A stretch of 64,000 nucleotides of DNA from NCBI GenBank assembly GCA_036172245.1, contig JAYWIR010000033.1, positions 186,001-250,000 of the forward strand, written 5' to 3'. Position numbers and translations under genes: made by a program. The notes below the pieces were generated by a model that saw only the letters and a program-made list of their open reading frames with translations, made no database searches and was not told where the DNA came from. This document shows, one piece after another, positions 39,015 to 52,975 of the stretch (positions are counted from its first letter, which is position 1; every line of letters starts with the position of its first letter). Source of the DNA: Raillietiella orientalis. Its lineage: Eukaryota.

Positions 39015-41339
39015 AGAAAGACGTGCTGTTCCGGCGCTCCATCGACGAGTCCCGGAAAGCGGATTGATTGTGCGTTTTTTAACATTGTTGGTGTCCGATG
39101 GCATCGCCTCCAGAGGACACCACGATAAAAATAGGCGTGAGGGAGGCTAGCCCCCCAACGGCCTACAGAATCAGAAGCATACGTTTCGGAATCATCCCCG
39201 GCGATGCCGTGGACCTGGAGCACTATAGTGGCCGCACCGAGCGCAGAAACCTTGGCGGAGCAAGCGGCTGAAAGGGCCTCAAAATATAAACCATCTCTGG
39301 TTTATGAGGTAGGACCCCTGTTTAATATTCGCACCGCCCGGGCCTTCAGTAAGGCACTACAGGACTTTCCTGTAAGAGATGAGGATCTTGACGGCCTCTC
39401 CGTACTCAGCAAGGGGAGCGCATGGAGGTCGTCTGCAAAGACGTAGCCATAGCACAGCGCCTGATAAACCCCCGCTAAATGTGGATGGCTGGAAGATCCT
39501 ATCGGTTAGCATGGACCGCTCCGTAGTGGTCTATCTAACCGGAATCACAAATTGTAAAACGCGCTCGGCGGTAAATTCCCAGTTGACGAAATATAACGCG
39601 GTACACGCGTCGTGGCCAATACCCACCATCTTCGGAGGATTTAATAGCTATTTCGGAGGCCAGGCCACAGCGCGTGTCACTGTCAATTAGGGTGCTGGGT
39701 TTGCCCCACACACTGGAAGTAGCGAAGGAATCCGTCTACCTCTGGGACGTGGGGAAACCAAGCTATTGTGGCTACTGCAATTCAGTAAAGCAATTGCGGA
39801 AGTGGTGCCCGCACATTCAGTGCCACTTGTGCGGGGTTAAGGGACACGTGCGTCGTGTGTGCCCTAATCGCCCCACCCCGGTGCCACCTGCTGCCAAAGA
39901 GACGCAGGCCAAACAAATGAACAAGGTCGAAAGTCCTAAGCGAGAAACTGGCCGGCCACAGCCGCCATCTCCTCTTCCTCCCACCCAGGCGTCGGATGAT
40001 AAAACCGCGGAAGACGCGGGAGTGGAGGAGGAATGGCAACTGTAAAAGGCCAGGAAAAAGAAAAAAGGGGTCAAAGAACCAGGGAAGATAACGGAGACCA
40101 AGAACACGGCCGCCAGAAAGAATGAAGCCGCGCCGCTTTCAAAAAAACACCGCGAGTGTCCAGTGGAACTGGCGAGGCAGTCACCCTGGGCGAAGAGCCT
40201 CCAGTCACCGTTTCCGCCCTGCCCGAGGTACACGAGGGCGAACCCTCTGTGCAATCAGAGGGTGAGCTGCGCGACGCCCTCGCCGCTGGCAAGGATGCCG
40301 CGTTCGATAAGGCGGCGGAGGAGCTCGCGACCACGCTAGCCGAGCGTGAGAACCCCTCACGCAAGGCCGTGCGAAGGCCGGCTCCGCCGAAGAAGGCCCA
40401 GAAGGTGATTCCGACCTAAGGGCTGGAAGTGCATCCTTTTCCTCGGAGGCACCCACCAGGAAGTAAGGACGCCAGTCCCAGAAGCCCAGAAGGGGTCACC
40501 CCTGAACCAGCGAGGAGGAGAATCCGGAAGCCGACGCCAGCGCGGCAACCACGGAGGGGGAATTCCCACGCTCGAAAACCGTCGAGGAGGCCATCCCCAT
40601 GGAAAAGGGAGAACAGAGGGGCGAAGTCCTCCCTGCAGTCGTCGCACCTAAACAGCCCGCTTCCATGGAGCAGGGCGAACAGGTAGGCGCGACCCTGCCT
40701 GAGGGTGAACCGGCCGACGCGCCGTTACCCATGCAGGAGGGGGAACAGGTGCTCGACGCACCTGTCCCTCTTCCTCCTAGCGTCCTGCCTTAACAGGTGG
40801 CGGACGCGGCATCGCCAATTTCCCAGGAATAACACCTGGGCTCGCCTGTCGCCGTCGGATCCGCGTGGGCAGTTGGAAGGTCAGCGGGCTGCACGACGAC
40901 GGCAACAGACGAGATACGGCCGACAACCAGCCTGAGTTCGACCTGGACCTGCTGCAGGAGAACCACTAGATCACCACGGCAGACGTTCAGCAAATCGAGA
41001 CGATCGCGTGGGGTCGGCTGTATTGACGATGCGGGGCCCGCAACACCTAATAAGTCGCGTTTTTCGTAAAGTCGTCCATCGACGCTGCCGAAAAGGGCGT
41101 GCGATTCGATGACGACGGTCGGGAGGGTCAGCTGATTCTCAGCTGGTCCGACTCGATAGAACTTATGTTCACGAATGTTTACGCCCGTAGCGGAAAACAG
41201 AAATACAGCGACCGCACCAGGTTGCTGGAATCTTTAAAGCACGACTGGCTGGCCGATACGAACGTGTAAAAGGCACACCTGATAGCTGGGGACTTTATTC
41301 TCCGTCTGCTGTCAGGTAAGTCCGAAGCGCTTGAATGCG
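39015..41339 (+). mobile_element. Family T copy 4, 5' part (ORF1 about 39098-40832, APE start), degenerate
   Basis: AGACGTG 5' motif; AFDKAAEELATTLAERENPSRK; TAACACCTGGG ORF junction. Confidence 0.88.
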
Positions 41340-42660
41340 CGGTACACGGCGGACGCCATTGTTGTGCGCTCCGTGGATAGGAAGTTTTTCTTTTCTGGTG
41401 TTTCGTGTGTGTTTCTCGGCCGTTGACAGGCAGAAATGCCTGTGAACGCCGCAGTTTCAGGTGAGGGAGGCGGGAAGACCGCGTCTCCCAAGCCAAAGGA
41501 GGTTAGATCACGCCCCATTACTTCTTCTGAACCCGCCACTACGGCGAGGGCCTGGAGCGCGGTGGCAGCGGCGGAGACGCCCGATGTCGCCGCCGAAATC
41601 CAATCCTACATCCAGGAGGGCTACAATCCGGCCCTCCTGTACAAGGTAGGCAATTTATATTCCCCGTTAAGGGCGCGAAAGTTCGGCAATGCCATCAAAA
41701 AGATGGGCCTTGCCGACCATGAAATTCTTTGCCTCTCTATACGGAGCGGAGGGCAGTTGGCGGAGCTCATCTGCAAGGATGCAGCTCTTACCCACAAGAT
41801 GCTCTGCACGCCCGTACAATTTGAGGGCAGGAATTTACTCCCACACACGGTGGACCACTCCATTGTGGTCCACCTAACAGGGACAACAGTGCGGATGGAT
41901 GAGAACGGCATCCGCGCTAAACTGGAAAAATGTGCAAGCGTTTTCGCGATGTGGAGAAAGCCCAACACCTTCGGAGTGAACGGTGCATTTAGTGGGCGAG
42001 TAGGCGCGCGCGTGACGCTTCGAGAAAGCGTACAGCTTCCCCACAAGCTCCAAATTGGCGACGACTTAGTCGACATTTGGTCTGTGGGGAAACCTACATT
42101 TTGTTGAAACTGTAAGTCGTTCCCACATTTGAAAAAGCGGTGCCCGGACGCAGTTTGCCCAACTTGCGGCGCGAAGGGCCACACCAAAGTGGTGTGCCCG
42201 ATGAACGTCGCTCCAACGCCGGAACTTCCGCAAAAGAAGGAAGGGAAGGCAAAACTAGTAATCAACCCCAAAAAAAGGGATCAGCCGTCGGCTCCAACAA
42301 AAGTCGCGCAGCAGGAAAGGGACTCGGTACAGGAGCTCCCAGAAAAGACTGCCGACGAGGAAGGCTGGCAGCTGGTCACCCGTAAAATAAAAATCGGCAA
42401 AAAAACCGCGCCCGCACCGGCGAAAGTGGTGAAGGGCAAGGGGAAGGTCGCGCCACGCCCAACAATCAAAGCGTGCAGCGTGGCCATCAAACGCGTGCCG
42501 GCGATCGATACTCGCTCCGGTGACGGATCCATGCGAAGTGACGTCACGCCAGCTGTTCAACCCGCCGCCTGAGAGGGTGCACGTGCTTTTGTGGTGCTCC
42601 GCGTTTTTCTCGCGAGTGTTTTCGGGGTTTTCCGCTGTGAGCGGTTGTTCCTGGGCAGAG

Positions 42661-44328
42661 ATGCCCGAGGACGCCGCAAAGACGGCGGAGGGGGGCGAGC
42701 GAGCCTCGTCCCCCCAGCCCATGGATGTGGGGGCCATCTCCCCCACGGAATCGTCCCCCGCCCCGGCGAGGGCTTGGAGCGCGGTGGTGGCGGCGCCTGC
42801 GCCGCCCCCCGCAGAGGAACAGCGGGCTTACATGGCCGACGGGTATAACCCGGCCTTGTTATACAAGGTAGGTGGCCTGTACTCCCCCGCGGTTTTGCGG
42901 TCGTTCGCGGCCGAGTTCAAGAAATTGAAAGTCCCGGAGGACGAAGTCCTCGGACTTTCGGTTAGGAGTGGCGGGCAGCTGGTTGAGCTGAACTGCAAGT
43001 CTGCAGGGATGGCTCAGCAGCTGCTTCGCCTGCCATTGACCGTGAACGGGAGTAGGATCTTCCCGTTCACGGCGGACAACTCCATCGTGGTGCATTTGAC
43101 CGGCATAACGATGCGCATGGCAAAGAGCGCCGTGCGAGAATCGTTAGAGAAGTTCGGGACCGTTCACGCGTTGTGGGCAAAACCCAATGTCCTGGGTTAC
43201 ACCAGGGCATTTAGTGGTGACGCCGCTGCGCGCGTGACGGTACGTGCCGAGGGTGGGCTACCCCACAGACTGCAGGTCGGGGAGGAGGAGATCGACCTGT
43301 GGTATGTGGGGAAACCCGTATACTGCGGCTTTTGCCAGGTGTCGGGGCACCTGAAGAAGAAATGCCCCAACATCGTGTGCTTGGGCTGTGGGGACAAGGG
43401 GCACATCAGGCGGATGTGCCCGAACCGAAAAAGGTCCGTTACGTCAGGCGCGAGAAAGGATGAGACGCCGAAGGAAAAGGACCGAAGCCAACAACTGGCA
43501 GAACCCCGCCCTGCCGACCAACCCGCTACTCAGGCATCCACCAGCGAACAACCAGCTGGAGAAAGCGCCGAGAACGAGGAAGGTTGGCAAAAGGTAGAAA
43601 CGAAGAAGCCCCAGAAGAAGCAGGCAAAAAAGATAAACAAGTCGGCGCCGAAAAAGCAGAAACCGGTCGTCCGCGCTTGTACGGTGAAGATCGAACGCGT
43701 CTCGATCGCCAGAGCCGTAAAGAAAGTAACGGTAAAGGCGATCGATACCGTCGATCCAGAGCCGGTCGTGCCCGCAGTGACGTCACCATCAGCTGACGAC
43801 AATGCCGTTCCGGCATTGCCAGCGAAGGACGTCTGCGCGCCGATCGATGAAGCCGCCCCTGTCGCGCCTGCGCAAAGCGTCGGTGCGGAACGCGAGGAGG
43901 CGGCGCGCATAACGGACGCGACCTTCGCGCAGGCCGCGGAAGAGCTGGCAGCCATGTTACGGCAGCCTGCCAAGGCCGAGAAGAAGGCCTTGAGATGACC
44001 GGCAACGGTGAAGGGCCCGGAAAATTCCGAGTCCGAAACCGAAGCCGGTTGTTCTACTTCCGCAGCCGTGCCGAAGAGGAAGGCTGGCAAGAAGACCGGT
44101 TGCCCGAGACGGGTCGCCCCTCCGCAGGTGGAGGAGGCCATGTCCTCGGGCACGGAGGAGGAGGCAATGTGCGTCGCGCCAGGCGACCCCTCTCCGATCC
44201 GTGTCTCGGAAGCCAGCCCCATGGAAGTCGCTGTGGACGACGTGCTCCCGTGTGAGCAGCCGACCGTCGTCACGGCCGCCAACAAGCCGCCTCCCGCAAG
44301 GGAGGAGGCCGCCTCCACCCCACAATAA
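42661..44328 (+). pseudogene. ORF1 of Q2 with one in-frame stop (43996-43998)
   Basis: CGFCQVSGHLKKKC and CLGCGDKGHIRRMC; frame continues after the stop. Confidence 0.9.
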
Positions 44329-44336
44329 ACGCATCA

Positions 44337-47300
44337 GTGCGTGGGCTCGCCTTCTGCCGCCGCTTGCGCATCACCTGTTGGAATGTCAACGGGTTGCGCG
44401 ACGACGGAAAGAGGCGAAATGTAGCCGCCATACTGCGAGATTTCGACCTGGTGCTCCTGCAAGAGACGCACGTTCTCCGACCGGGAGATGTCCAGGAAAT
44501 CGAAAGAATCGCGGGAGGGCGGCTACTGTGGAGGAACGGAACGGACAACTCCTGCGGAGTGGCCTATCTGCTAAAGCCAACCGTCGACAACTCACTGCGC
44601 AGTGCACGGTTCGACGGGGATGGTCGAGTTGGGCAGCTTGTGTTCAAGTGGTCCGACTCGATCGACATCGTAATCACGAACCTGTACGCTCCGGTGAGCA
44701 GCCACAGGGCCGAGGAACGCACTGCGTTCTTCGAAACCTTGCGGCGAGACTGGTTGGCCGAAGCAGGCGTGCGAAGGGCGCACCTCATTGCGGGCGATTT
44801 CAATCTCCGCCTGCTGGCAGGTGCGCCCATCGGACGAGCACAGCTGGTCAACGAGTTGTGCGCAGCCATGCATGCGCGCAACTTGTTGGCCGGCGATGCC
44901 GGGAGAGATCGGAACATCGACCACATGTTCCTCGACAACCACCTGTGCACGCGGGTGGGAACTCGAGGAACGCTCCCGGCAGAGCTGTCCGACCATCCAC
45001 GGCTCGTCCTCGAGTTACATCCGCGCAATAAGGGCCCTCCCCTGAAAACATGGCGCCTGCCAGGGGATTGGTTGCGCCTCGCAGGAGCGGCGGAACATCT
45101 ACGCTGTTTTCTGCGAGGATTCCAGCTTCAGACGCTCGCGGACTGGGACGAAATGAAGTGCTCAGTCCGTTAGTTTTGCGACCAGTTTCCCCTGGAACGT
45201 CTTTCGCCGGGCTTCGGTGAGGGTGTCAGGAACGAGCGGGCGTACCTCCAGGCGCGCCGTCATTCCCGGCGTCCCGACGTCCGTCGCCTGGCTGAATTCA
45301 AGGCTGAGGCGGAGAGGCAGGCCTGGCAGTCAGGCTCGGCCTGCCTGCTGGATCATCAGGGCCAAGAACGCTCCAGCCCAGCCCAGGTAAGCCGCATCGT
45401 GCATGAGTTTTATTCCTCCTTGTACGCGCCACTAACACCTGAGCGCCATTTCGCGCAGCGCCTGCTGCCGGATGGCGCTCCCGCGCTCAAGGAGGAGGAC
45501 CGTTCCAGATTGGCGGAACCGTTCACGATGGCGGAGATCATCTCCGCCATCAACAGGCTCAAGAGAAGGAAGGCACCAGGGGAGGACGGCCTGCCCGCGG
45601 AGTTTTGCCATCGCTTCGCGCCAGAGCTGGCCCCCCTGGTGCTCAGGTTAAGTGCGCTGATCCGCGAACACGGCGAAGTTCCCGCCTCGTTCCGGTCAGC
45701 TAAAGTACGTCTCCTGCCGAAGTCAGGAGACTTACGCAACATTGGCAACTGGCGTCCCATCACAGTAGTGAATGCGGACGCAAAGTTGTATGCCAAGTTG
45801 TGGGCTGAGCGTTTGGCGCGGGTGGCCGCTTCCGTGGTGAGTCCCGAGCAGACCTATGCTGTTCCCGGACGAACCATGGAGGGCAACCTGCTCCTCGCCA
45901 GCTCATGGTGGCAGTTGCGACAACGCGTTGCACAGGACGGTCAAGGGAGCCTCGCGCCCCCCTCTGACCAAGAAGATCGGGCAGAGGGTGGGATGGACTC
46001 GGCGTGAGCCTTTGCCGTCGCGGTCGATTTGCACAAAGCATTCGACTGCGTCGACCAGGATCTCCTTCTGGAGCTCCTGGAACGCATGGGTTTCCCTGCC
46101 GTGCTTCAATCTTACCTGCGCTCCTGCTGGCGCAACGCGTCAATCAATATCGGTTTCAGCGGCCGGCACGTGTACGGCGTGCCCGTACGCCGCGGCATCC
46201 GGCCGGGTGACAGCCTGAGCCCCTTGCTCTTCAGCATCTACTTCGAGTTGGTGCTGAGGGCATACAGGGTAACTCTGGCAACCCTGCCGAGCTCGTGTGC
46301 CGGCACGCCTGCCGTGTCGGCCTATGCAGACGATCTTCTGCTGCTGCTTCCCGGGTCCACCCCGGCGAGTGCACTCGAGGACTTCTTCGAGATGCTGCGC
46401 CGCGGGACGGGCCTGGAGGTGAACAGGGCGAAGTCGTCCATGGTCTTCGTCGGTTCGGCGTGGGCTGGACGGTCGGACTGGATCCGCTTAAGGATCCCCA
46501 CGGGCAGGTGCTTCAAGTACCTCGGCGTACCGTTGGGGGACTTCTGCGCAGCAGAAGCCTGGTCCGACCGTCTCCAAAAGGCAGCGTTGGCGATCGGTCC
46601 GTTCCAAGAAGGCAAGTTCTACTTGCAGGAACGGGCCGCGGTGTAAAACGCGTTTGCGGCTCCCCTCCTTTGCCCCCTACTTTTTGTTTGCCTTGCCCCT
46701 TATTTTATTCGGAAACGAGCAGCGGGCCTCCTGAGGACAGTCCTTTGGGGCAAAGGGAGGTCCCGTGTGAGGCTCAAAGACTTGTGCGCTCCATGTAAGG
46801 ACGGTGGACTTGGCGTACTTACGCTGGAGCGCATGGAACTACAACTTCGATTCAGGATTCTCGTTCTTGCGGCAGAATTGTGGGACACGCCTTGGTGCGT
46901 TCCAGCACGCCTCCTGGCCCAACGAGCCTGTGGAATCGGCGGACTTTTGTCGTTTCTGTCTGCGCGCGTCTGCAGAAGACCATACTGTGGCTCTATGCTG
47001 CGACGCATCTTTGTTGCGGTTCGGGAGAACGCCTGGATCTCCTGCCTCCCAGGGAACTACTCCACCTGGTTGCACGAGTCAGTCTCCACCTGGGTAAAGT
47101 TCCACGTTCCGGCGGGCACAAGAAACACTTGTATGAAAAGGCACGCCTGCTGGAAACTGCAGGAGATCGTGCAGTCCCACGACAAGCTTCTGTGGGCCTT
47201 GATAACTTCCCTCGCCCCAGTGCTGCCCTTCCTTGTGAATGCCAGGGACAGTAGCGAGCAGGGGAAATGGACCGTGTCCTGCACTATAGGCGGCAGGACA

Positions 47301-47918
47301 CAATCGATTAAGTCGTGGACATCTCGGCAGCTAGTTGACGCTTCGACGCCGAGTGTCCCGCCCAACGGAATTCGACGCTGGGGCGAGCTACTCTGACTAT
47401 CTCCGGAGGAGATGAAGTGGCCCCCAGCGTTCTGGAACAGTGCATCCCTCCTTCTGAAATGGCAGGATGTGGCGTTGCTTGTTGTACTCTGGGGATAACC
47501 ATTTAAATCACGCCTGCACCACACCACCCGGGAAGCTGTGGATTCGAATTGTGACCGGTGTGAGGAAAAAGAAACATTTTCCCTCCTTCTCCTTGAGTGT
47601 AGCGCCCTCCGCCCTTTGTGGGATCGTCTCGCGGCGATCCTGGACTTGCGCGGATGCGGCCCAAAGGACGTTTTTAGGCGCCTCTTCTGTAGTGACGCCT
47701 TGTCCCCGCCCGCTAGTGTAGCAGTCCTCTGCTGCATCAGAGGAATAGTGGCGGCTTGGAACGCCACCAGAGGAAGGCGTCAGCCAACCGGCAACGCCTT
47801 ACACTGGACTCGCCTTTTCGCGCGCAGTGTCTGCAAGTGGCGACACTTGGGCGCTGAAAGGACTCAGCTTGTGCGGATCCTGAATAGGATCTAGAGGACC
47901 TCTCCACGCGCACCGTGA
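44337..47918 (+). pseudogene. ORF2 of Q2, single frame with several nonsense codons
   Basis: ORF pieces at 44337, 45399, 46029, 46767 and 47538 share a frame; GDFN, KAFD, YADD, CDRC finger. Confidence 0.93.
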
Positions 47919-50900
47919 TCCCTTCACCGCCCTCCCACCCCTACAACATTTGTTCCCCCCCCACATTTGAACTTTTTGTTTCTTTTTGTTTTTCTTTATT
48001 TCCCATCCCCGCGCATCGGAAGAACCTCTCCGGCACGGAGCCGGTAACCAGCAAGCTGTTTTGGAGTGGTGAACCTTCGGGTTCACCACGTGACATTTTT
48101 CTGTAATTTTATTTCTATGAAATAAATGCCCCGGCACATCCGGGTGTGAACAACCCGCCGCCGCGCGAAAGCCGACGCCGCGACAAAGTCGCGAGCCCAG
48201 CGTGAGCAGCGACGACCGGGACTTCAACAAGGCGGCGGAAGAGTTCGCAGCCATGCTCAAGTAACCTCCCAAGGCCGACAAGAGGACCTTGTAACGTCCG
48301 ACTGAGGCGAAAGGTCCGGAAACTTCCGAGTCCGAAGCCGAAGCCGGCAACGCTCCGGCTGTCGCTCTCCCAAAGCGCAAAGCGGGCCGCAAGGTAGGCA
48401 ACCCGCGGCGCTCCGCACCTCCACCGGCGGAGGAGGAAATGCGGTGACCACGACGACGGGGAGGCGATGTCCGCGAGGTCTCGCGACTGCTCGCCGGAGG
48501 CGGCCTTGGCCAAGCAGGATCCTCCAACCACCACCACAACCACCGACGGACCGCCTTCTTGCGAGGAACAGCCCGTCGCAATGGATACACAACTCCCGCC
48601 TGCTGAACAGCAGGCGGAGGACGGTAAGCAAGCACAATAAACACACCAACGCGTGGACTCTCCTCCTGCCGGCGACTGCGCGTAATCTGTTGGAACGTCA
48701 ACGGGTTGCGCGACGACGGCAAGAGGAGAGAAGTGGCCGCCAGCCTGCGGGACTTCGACCTGTCGCTTCTGCAGGAGACGCACGTGCTCCACGCAGGGGA
48801 GGCCCAAGAAATCGAACGGATCGCAGGCGGGCGGCTCGTATACCAAAACGGGAGAGACCACACCCGCGGTGTGGCTTTCATGCTGAAGCCAGCCGTCGTT
48901 AATGCGCTGCGCGACGTGCACTTCGACGGGGAAGGTCAAATCGGGCAGCTTGTTGCCAAGTGGTCCGACGCGATCGTCCTCGTCGTGACCAACGTGTACG
49001 CGCCCGGCACGAGCCACAGGCGCGGGGAACGCACTGCGTTCTTCGAAGGCCTGCGGCGAGATTGGCTGGCCGAAGCAGACATGCGAAAGGCGCACCTCAT
49101 TGCCGGGGACTTTAACGTCCGCCTGCAGGCAGGTGCGCTCGACATTCGCGCACAGCTGGTCAACGAGATGTGCGCTGCCATGCACGCGCGCAACTTGTTG
49201 GCCGGTGACGCCGGGACGGAGACGAGGATCGACCACATGTTCCTCGACAACCACCTGTGTTCGCGGGTGGGAAATCGAGGGGCAGTGCCATCCGAACTTT
49301 CCGACCATCCCCGGCTCGTGCTAGAAATACACCCGCGCGGTAGAGGTCCACCCTCCACAGCGTGGCGTTTGCCAGGGGACTGGTTGCGCCTCGCAGGAGC
49401 AGCGCAACATCTTCGCTCGTTCCTGCAAGGCTTCCATCTGCAGTCGCTCGCGGACTGGGACGACTTGAAGAGCTCGGTCCGCGAGTTCTGCGACCATTTT
49501 CATCTGAACCGTCTCCCTCCAGGTTCCAGCGAAGGGCTGAGGAACGACCGGGCATACCACCACGCCCGTCTTTAATCTAGGACTCCCGACGTTCGACGCC
49601 TGGCGGAGTATATAGCTGGGGCTGAGCGACAGACCTGGCAATCCGGGTCGCCCAGCTTGCTGGACGCTCAAGGCCAAGAATGCTCAGCTCCGGCGAGTAG
49701 AAACCGCATCCTGCGGGACTATCACTCCTCCTTGTACGCGCGTAGAACAACAGAAAACGCCGTGGCGCAGCGCTTGCTGCCGCAAGGCGCCCCCGCGCTG
49801 CCGGAGGAGCAGGCATATCATCTCGAGGAGCCTTTCTCGATGATGGAGATCGTCTCCGCCATCGGAAAGCTCCGAAAGAGGAAAGCACCAGGAAAAGACG
49901 GTGTGCCCGCAAAGTTCTACCAAGGCTTCGTGGCGGAGCTGGCCCCCCTGGTGCATCGGCTATACATGCTGATCCGAGAACAAGGGGACGTCTTTAAATC
50001 GTTCCGGTCAGCTAGAGTACGTCTCCTGCCGAAAGGAGTAGACAATCGCAACGTTGGCAACTGGCGTCTCATCACAGTAGTGAATGCGGATGCGAAGTTG
50101 CTTGCCAAGCTTTGTGCTGAGCGACTGGGACGGGTGGTGGAATCCGCGGTGAGTCCGGAGCAGACATACGGTGTTCCCGGACGAAGCATGGAGGCTAACC
50201 TGTTCCTCGCCAGTACATGGTGGCAGTTGCAACAAAGCGAAGACCAAGGAGGTCAAGAGAATCCTGGATTCTCCTCTGACCAGGAAGGGGACGCCCTTCA
50301 TGGAACAGCCGCTCCCGATGCCCTTGAGGTCGCAGTCGATCTGCGTAAAGCGTTCGATTGCGTCGACCAGGAACTGCTTCTGGAGCTCCTGGAACGCTTG
50401 GGATTCCCGACCGTCTTCCGGGCTTACCTGCGCTCCTGCTGGCGCTTTGCTCTAATAAACATCTCTTTTAGGGGCCGGCACGTGTACGGAGTGCCGGTTC
50501 GGCGTGGCATAAGGCAGGGTGAAAGTCTGAGCCCCTTGCTCTTCAGCATCTACTCCGAGCTGGTGCTGAGGGCATACAGGGAGACTCTGGCAACCCTGCC
50601 AAGCTCGTGTCCTGGCACGCCTGCCGTGTCAGCCTACGCCGACGACCTTCTGCTCCTGCTCTTCGGATCCACCCCGCCGTCGGCGCTCGAAGATTTCTTT
50701 GAGTTGCTGCGCCGCAAGACGGGCCTAGAGGTGAACAGACATAAATCTTCCATCGTACCAACATCACCACAACTTTTCAACAATACGGCGTAGGCCGGAC
50801 GGCCGGACTGGATCCGCTTGGGGATCCCCACGTGCAGGTGCTTCAAGTACCTTGGCGTTCCGTTGGGGGACTTCTGCGTTGCAGAAGCCTGGTCCGACCG

Positions 50901-52505
50901 TCTCCAAAAGGTGGAGTTGGCGATCGGCCCGTTCCGGAACGGCAAGTTTTACTTGCAGGAGCGGGCCGCGGTGTGGAACGCGTTCGCGGCCCCAGTCCTT
51001 CGCCCCTTACTTTTTGTTTGCCCCGCCCCTCCCATCATACAGAGACGGACCAAAGCCCTCTTGAGGACTGCCCTTTGGGGCACAGCGAGGTCGCGAGTCC
51101 GATTGAAAGACTTGTGCGCTCCACGCAGGGATGGTGGCTTGGGCATCCTTACGTTGGAGCGCATCCAACTTCAAACAAGAATTCGAAAGTTAGCCCTTGC
51201 GGCTAGCTTATGGATGACGCCATTGTGCGATCCGGCACGGCTCCTCTCCAGAAGAGCAACCGGCTGCGAAGGATTGTCCTCGATCCTCGTGGCCTACCAG
51301 CGCAGCCTCTCCAAATGTTGCCCCGATTTGCGCCAGATGGTCGCCCTGATGAGAAGGAATACCTGGATCTGCTGCATCCCCGGGAACTGCTCTGGCTGGC
51401 TTCAGGAGTCAGCTTCTGCGTGGGCTAAGATCAACGGCACGAGCGAGGCGGAATACAACTGCCTACGACGAGGACCGTACGCTCGAGAGCCGCTGTAGGA
51501 GATTATCAACACGCCCCGGAAGTTTCTGTGGGCTTATTCCAGTCCCTTTGGCCCCGTTCTGTCCTCTCTGAAAAACAGTAGGAGCAGCAACGAGCTGGCA
51601 TCGTGGGAAATGTCCCTTCTCATCCGAGGCAGGAAAAAACCTTTAATGGCGTGAACGACTCAAGAGCTCACGGACGCTGCCACCGCGAGCGTCCCGCCTC
51701 ACGGACTTGCGCGCTGGGGAGAGCTGCTCGCAATACCTCCGGAGGTGGTGAAGTGGTCCCCAGCGTGTTGGGATTGCGGCACACTTCCGTTGAAGTGGCA
51801 GGAGACGGCGTTGCTATTTTTGCACTGGGGACTGTTAAGCAGAGCACGCCTGTCTCACTGGACACTGGGGAATGTGGATGCCCGCTGTTTCGAGTGCGGA
51901 AAATGAGAAACCTTCCCGCATCTCACCCTCGAGTGAGTCGCCCTGGATGGACTCTGGAGTCGAATCTCCACAATCCTCCATCTTCCAGTAGGCGACCCTA
52001 AGGAAATTTCCCGTCGCCTCTTTCTGCGTGACGGCTTGCGCCCCGCTGCGTCTCTAGCAGTCCTTTGCTGCGTGCGCGGCATTGTGCAAAGGTGGCACAC
52101 CAGAAGAAGAGGCATAAGATGCAGGGACGCCATCCACTGGACGACGATCTCTTTAGAGACGGCGACAAGGTGACGTCTACCTTTCACAATAAAAACTGAA
52201 CTTGACTGCATCCTCAACAGGATGCGGAGGATCGACCCAGGCGCCCAGTGATCCCTTCCCTGCCCCCCCCCTCTCCCCATACAACTGTTTCCCTCCCCGT
52301 TATCTCTCTTTTTGTTTATTTTTGTTCTCTTTTTCCCTTCCCATGCGCCTCGAGAATGGACCTAACCGGTCTATGCACCGGCAACAGACACGTCAACCAA
52401 GGTGGGAAAACCAAGTGTTTCCCACAATGAACTTTTGAAAGACTTTATTATCTAATTGTTGTTGAAAATTAGAATAATATATGCCCCGGCATATCCGGGT
52501 GGCAA

Positions 52506-52975
52506 ACTTCGGCTGCAGCCGAGCATTGCTGGCCAACCTCATCGAGCAGACAAGCCGCAGCCCTTGCAGCCTCGTGCTGCGTCCGAGGCATCGTTGCGGC
52601 ATGGAGCGACACCAACAAGGAAAGAGTGGGTCAACACGCGAGGGATGTCATCCCATATGCCCAACGCTTTTTGCGGAGAGCTGCTAAATGGCCCCAACTG
52701 GGGAATCTACGGATGGACCTCGAGGGCTTCCTTCAACGGATGGGCCGTCCTCTCAGCGAACAGTGATCCCTTCATTGCCCCCCAACCTCACTTGTTTGTT
52801 TGCCTATTTGTTTTTATTTTTGTTTTTCCCCATCCCCTTTCGCTGCCGGGGAGTGCCACGCCGGGCTGCGTCCCGGCGTCCCGGTAGGTACCGTGCATAA
52901 GGACGTGAGCGGGGCCAGGTACCGCAATTGTAGAGTTTTTTATAAATGAACGCCCCGAGCGTACCCGGGTGATAA
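52506..52975 (+). mobile_element. Family T copy 5, short 5'-truncated copy
   Basis: CCVRGIVAAWSD-coding end and 3' UTR match 28022-28440; ends GCGTACCCGGGTGATAA. Confidence 0.88.

Larger units (their letters stand above)
42570..48150 (+). mobile_element. Family Q copy 2, full-length, flanked by 12-bp TSD CAACCCGCCGCC
   Basis: TSD at 42558-42569 and 48151-48162; both termini present. Confidence 0.97.
41340..52505 (+). mobile_element. Family Q copy 1, full-length, split by copy Q2 (parts 41340-42569 and 48151-52505)
   Basis: ORF1 from 41436 resumes at 48151; ORF2 48649-52251 with stops; ends TGCCCCGG CATAT CCGGGTGGCAA. Confidence 0.92.

Noticed and set aside
44337..47918. Stop-codon reassignment or RIP to explain in-frame stops
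   Set aside because: Stops are of all three types at non-shared positions, frameshifts occur in other copies, and the DNA remains GC-rich; ordinary decay suffices (mutation spectrum not computed)
50755..50790. Short A/C-rich foreign patch in the Q1 RT
   Set aside because: About 25 nt, single occurrence; likely repair filler and not assignable
41290..52512. Q1 as another GDFN-site insertion (GACTT at 41291 and ACTT after 52505)
   Set aside because: Only 4 nt match, and the recipient runs about 48 nt past the site; too weak to call a TSD
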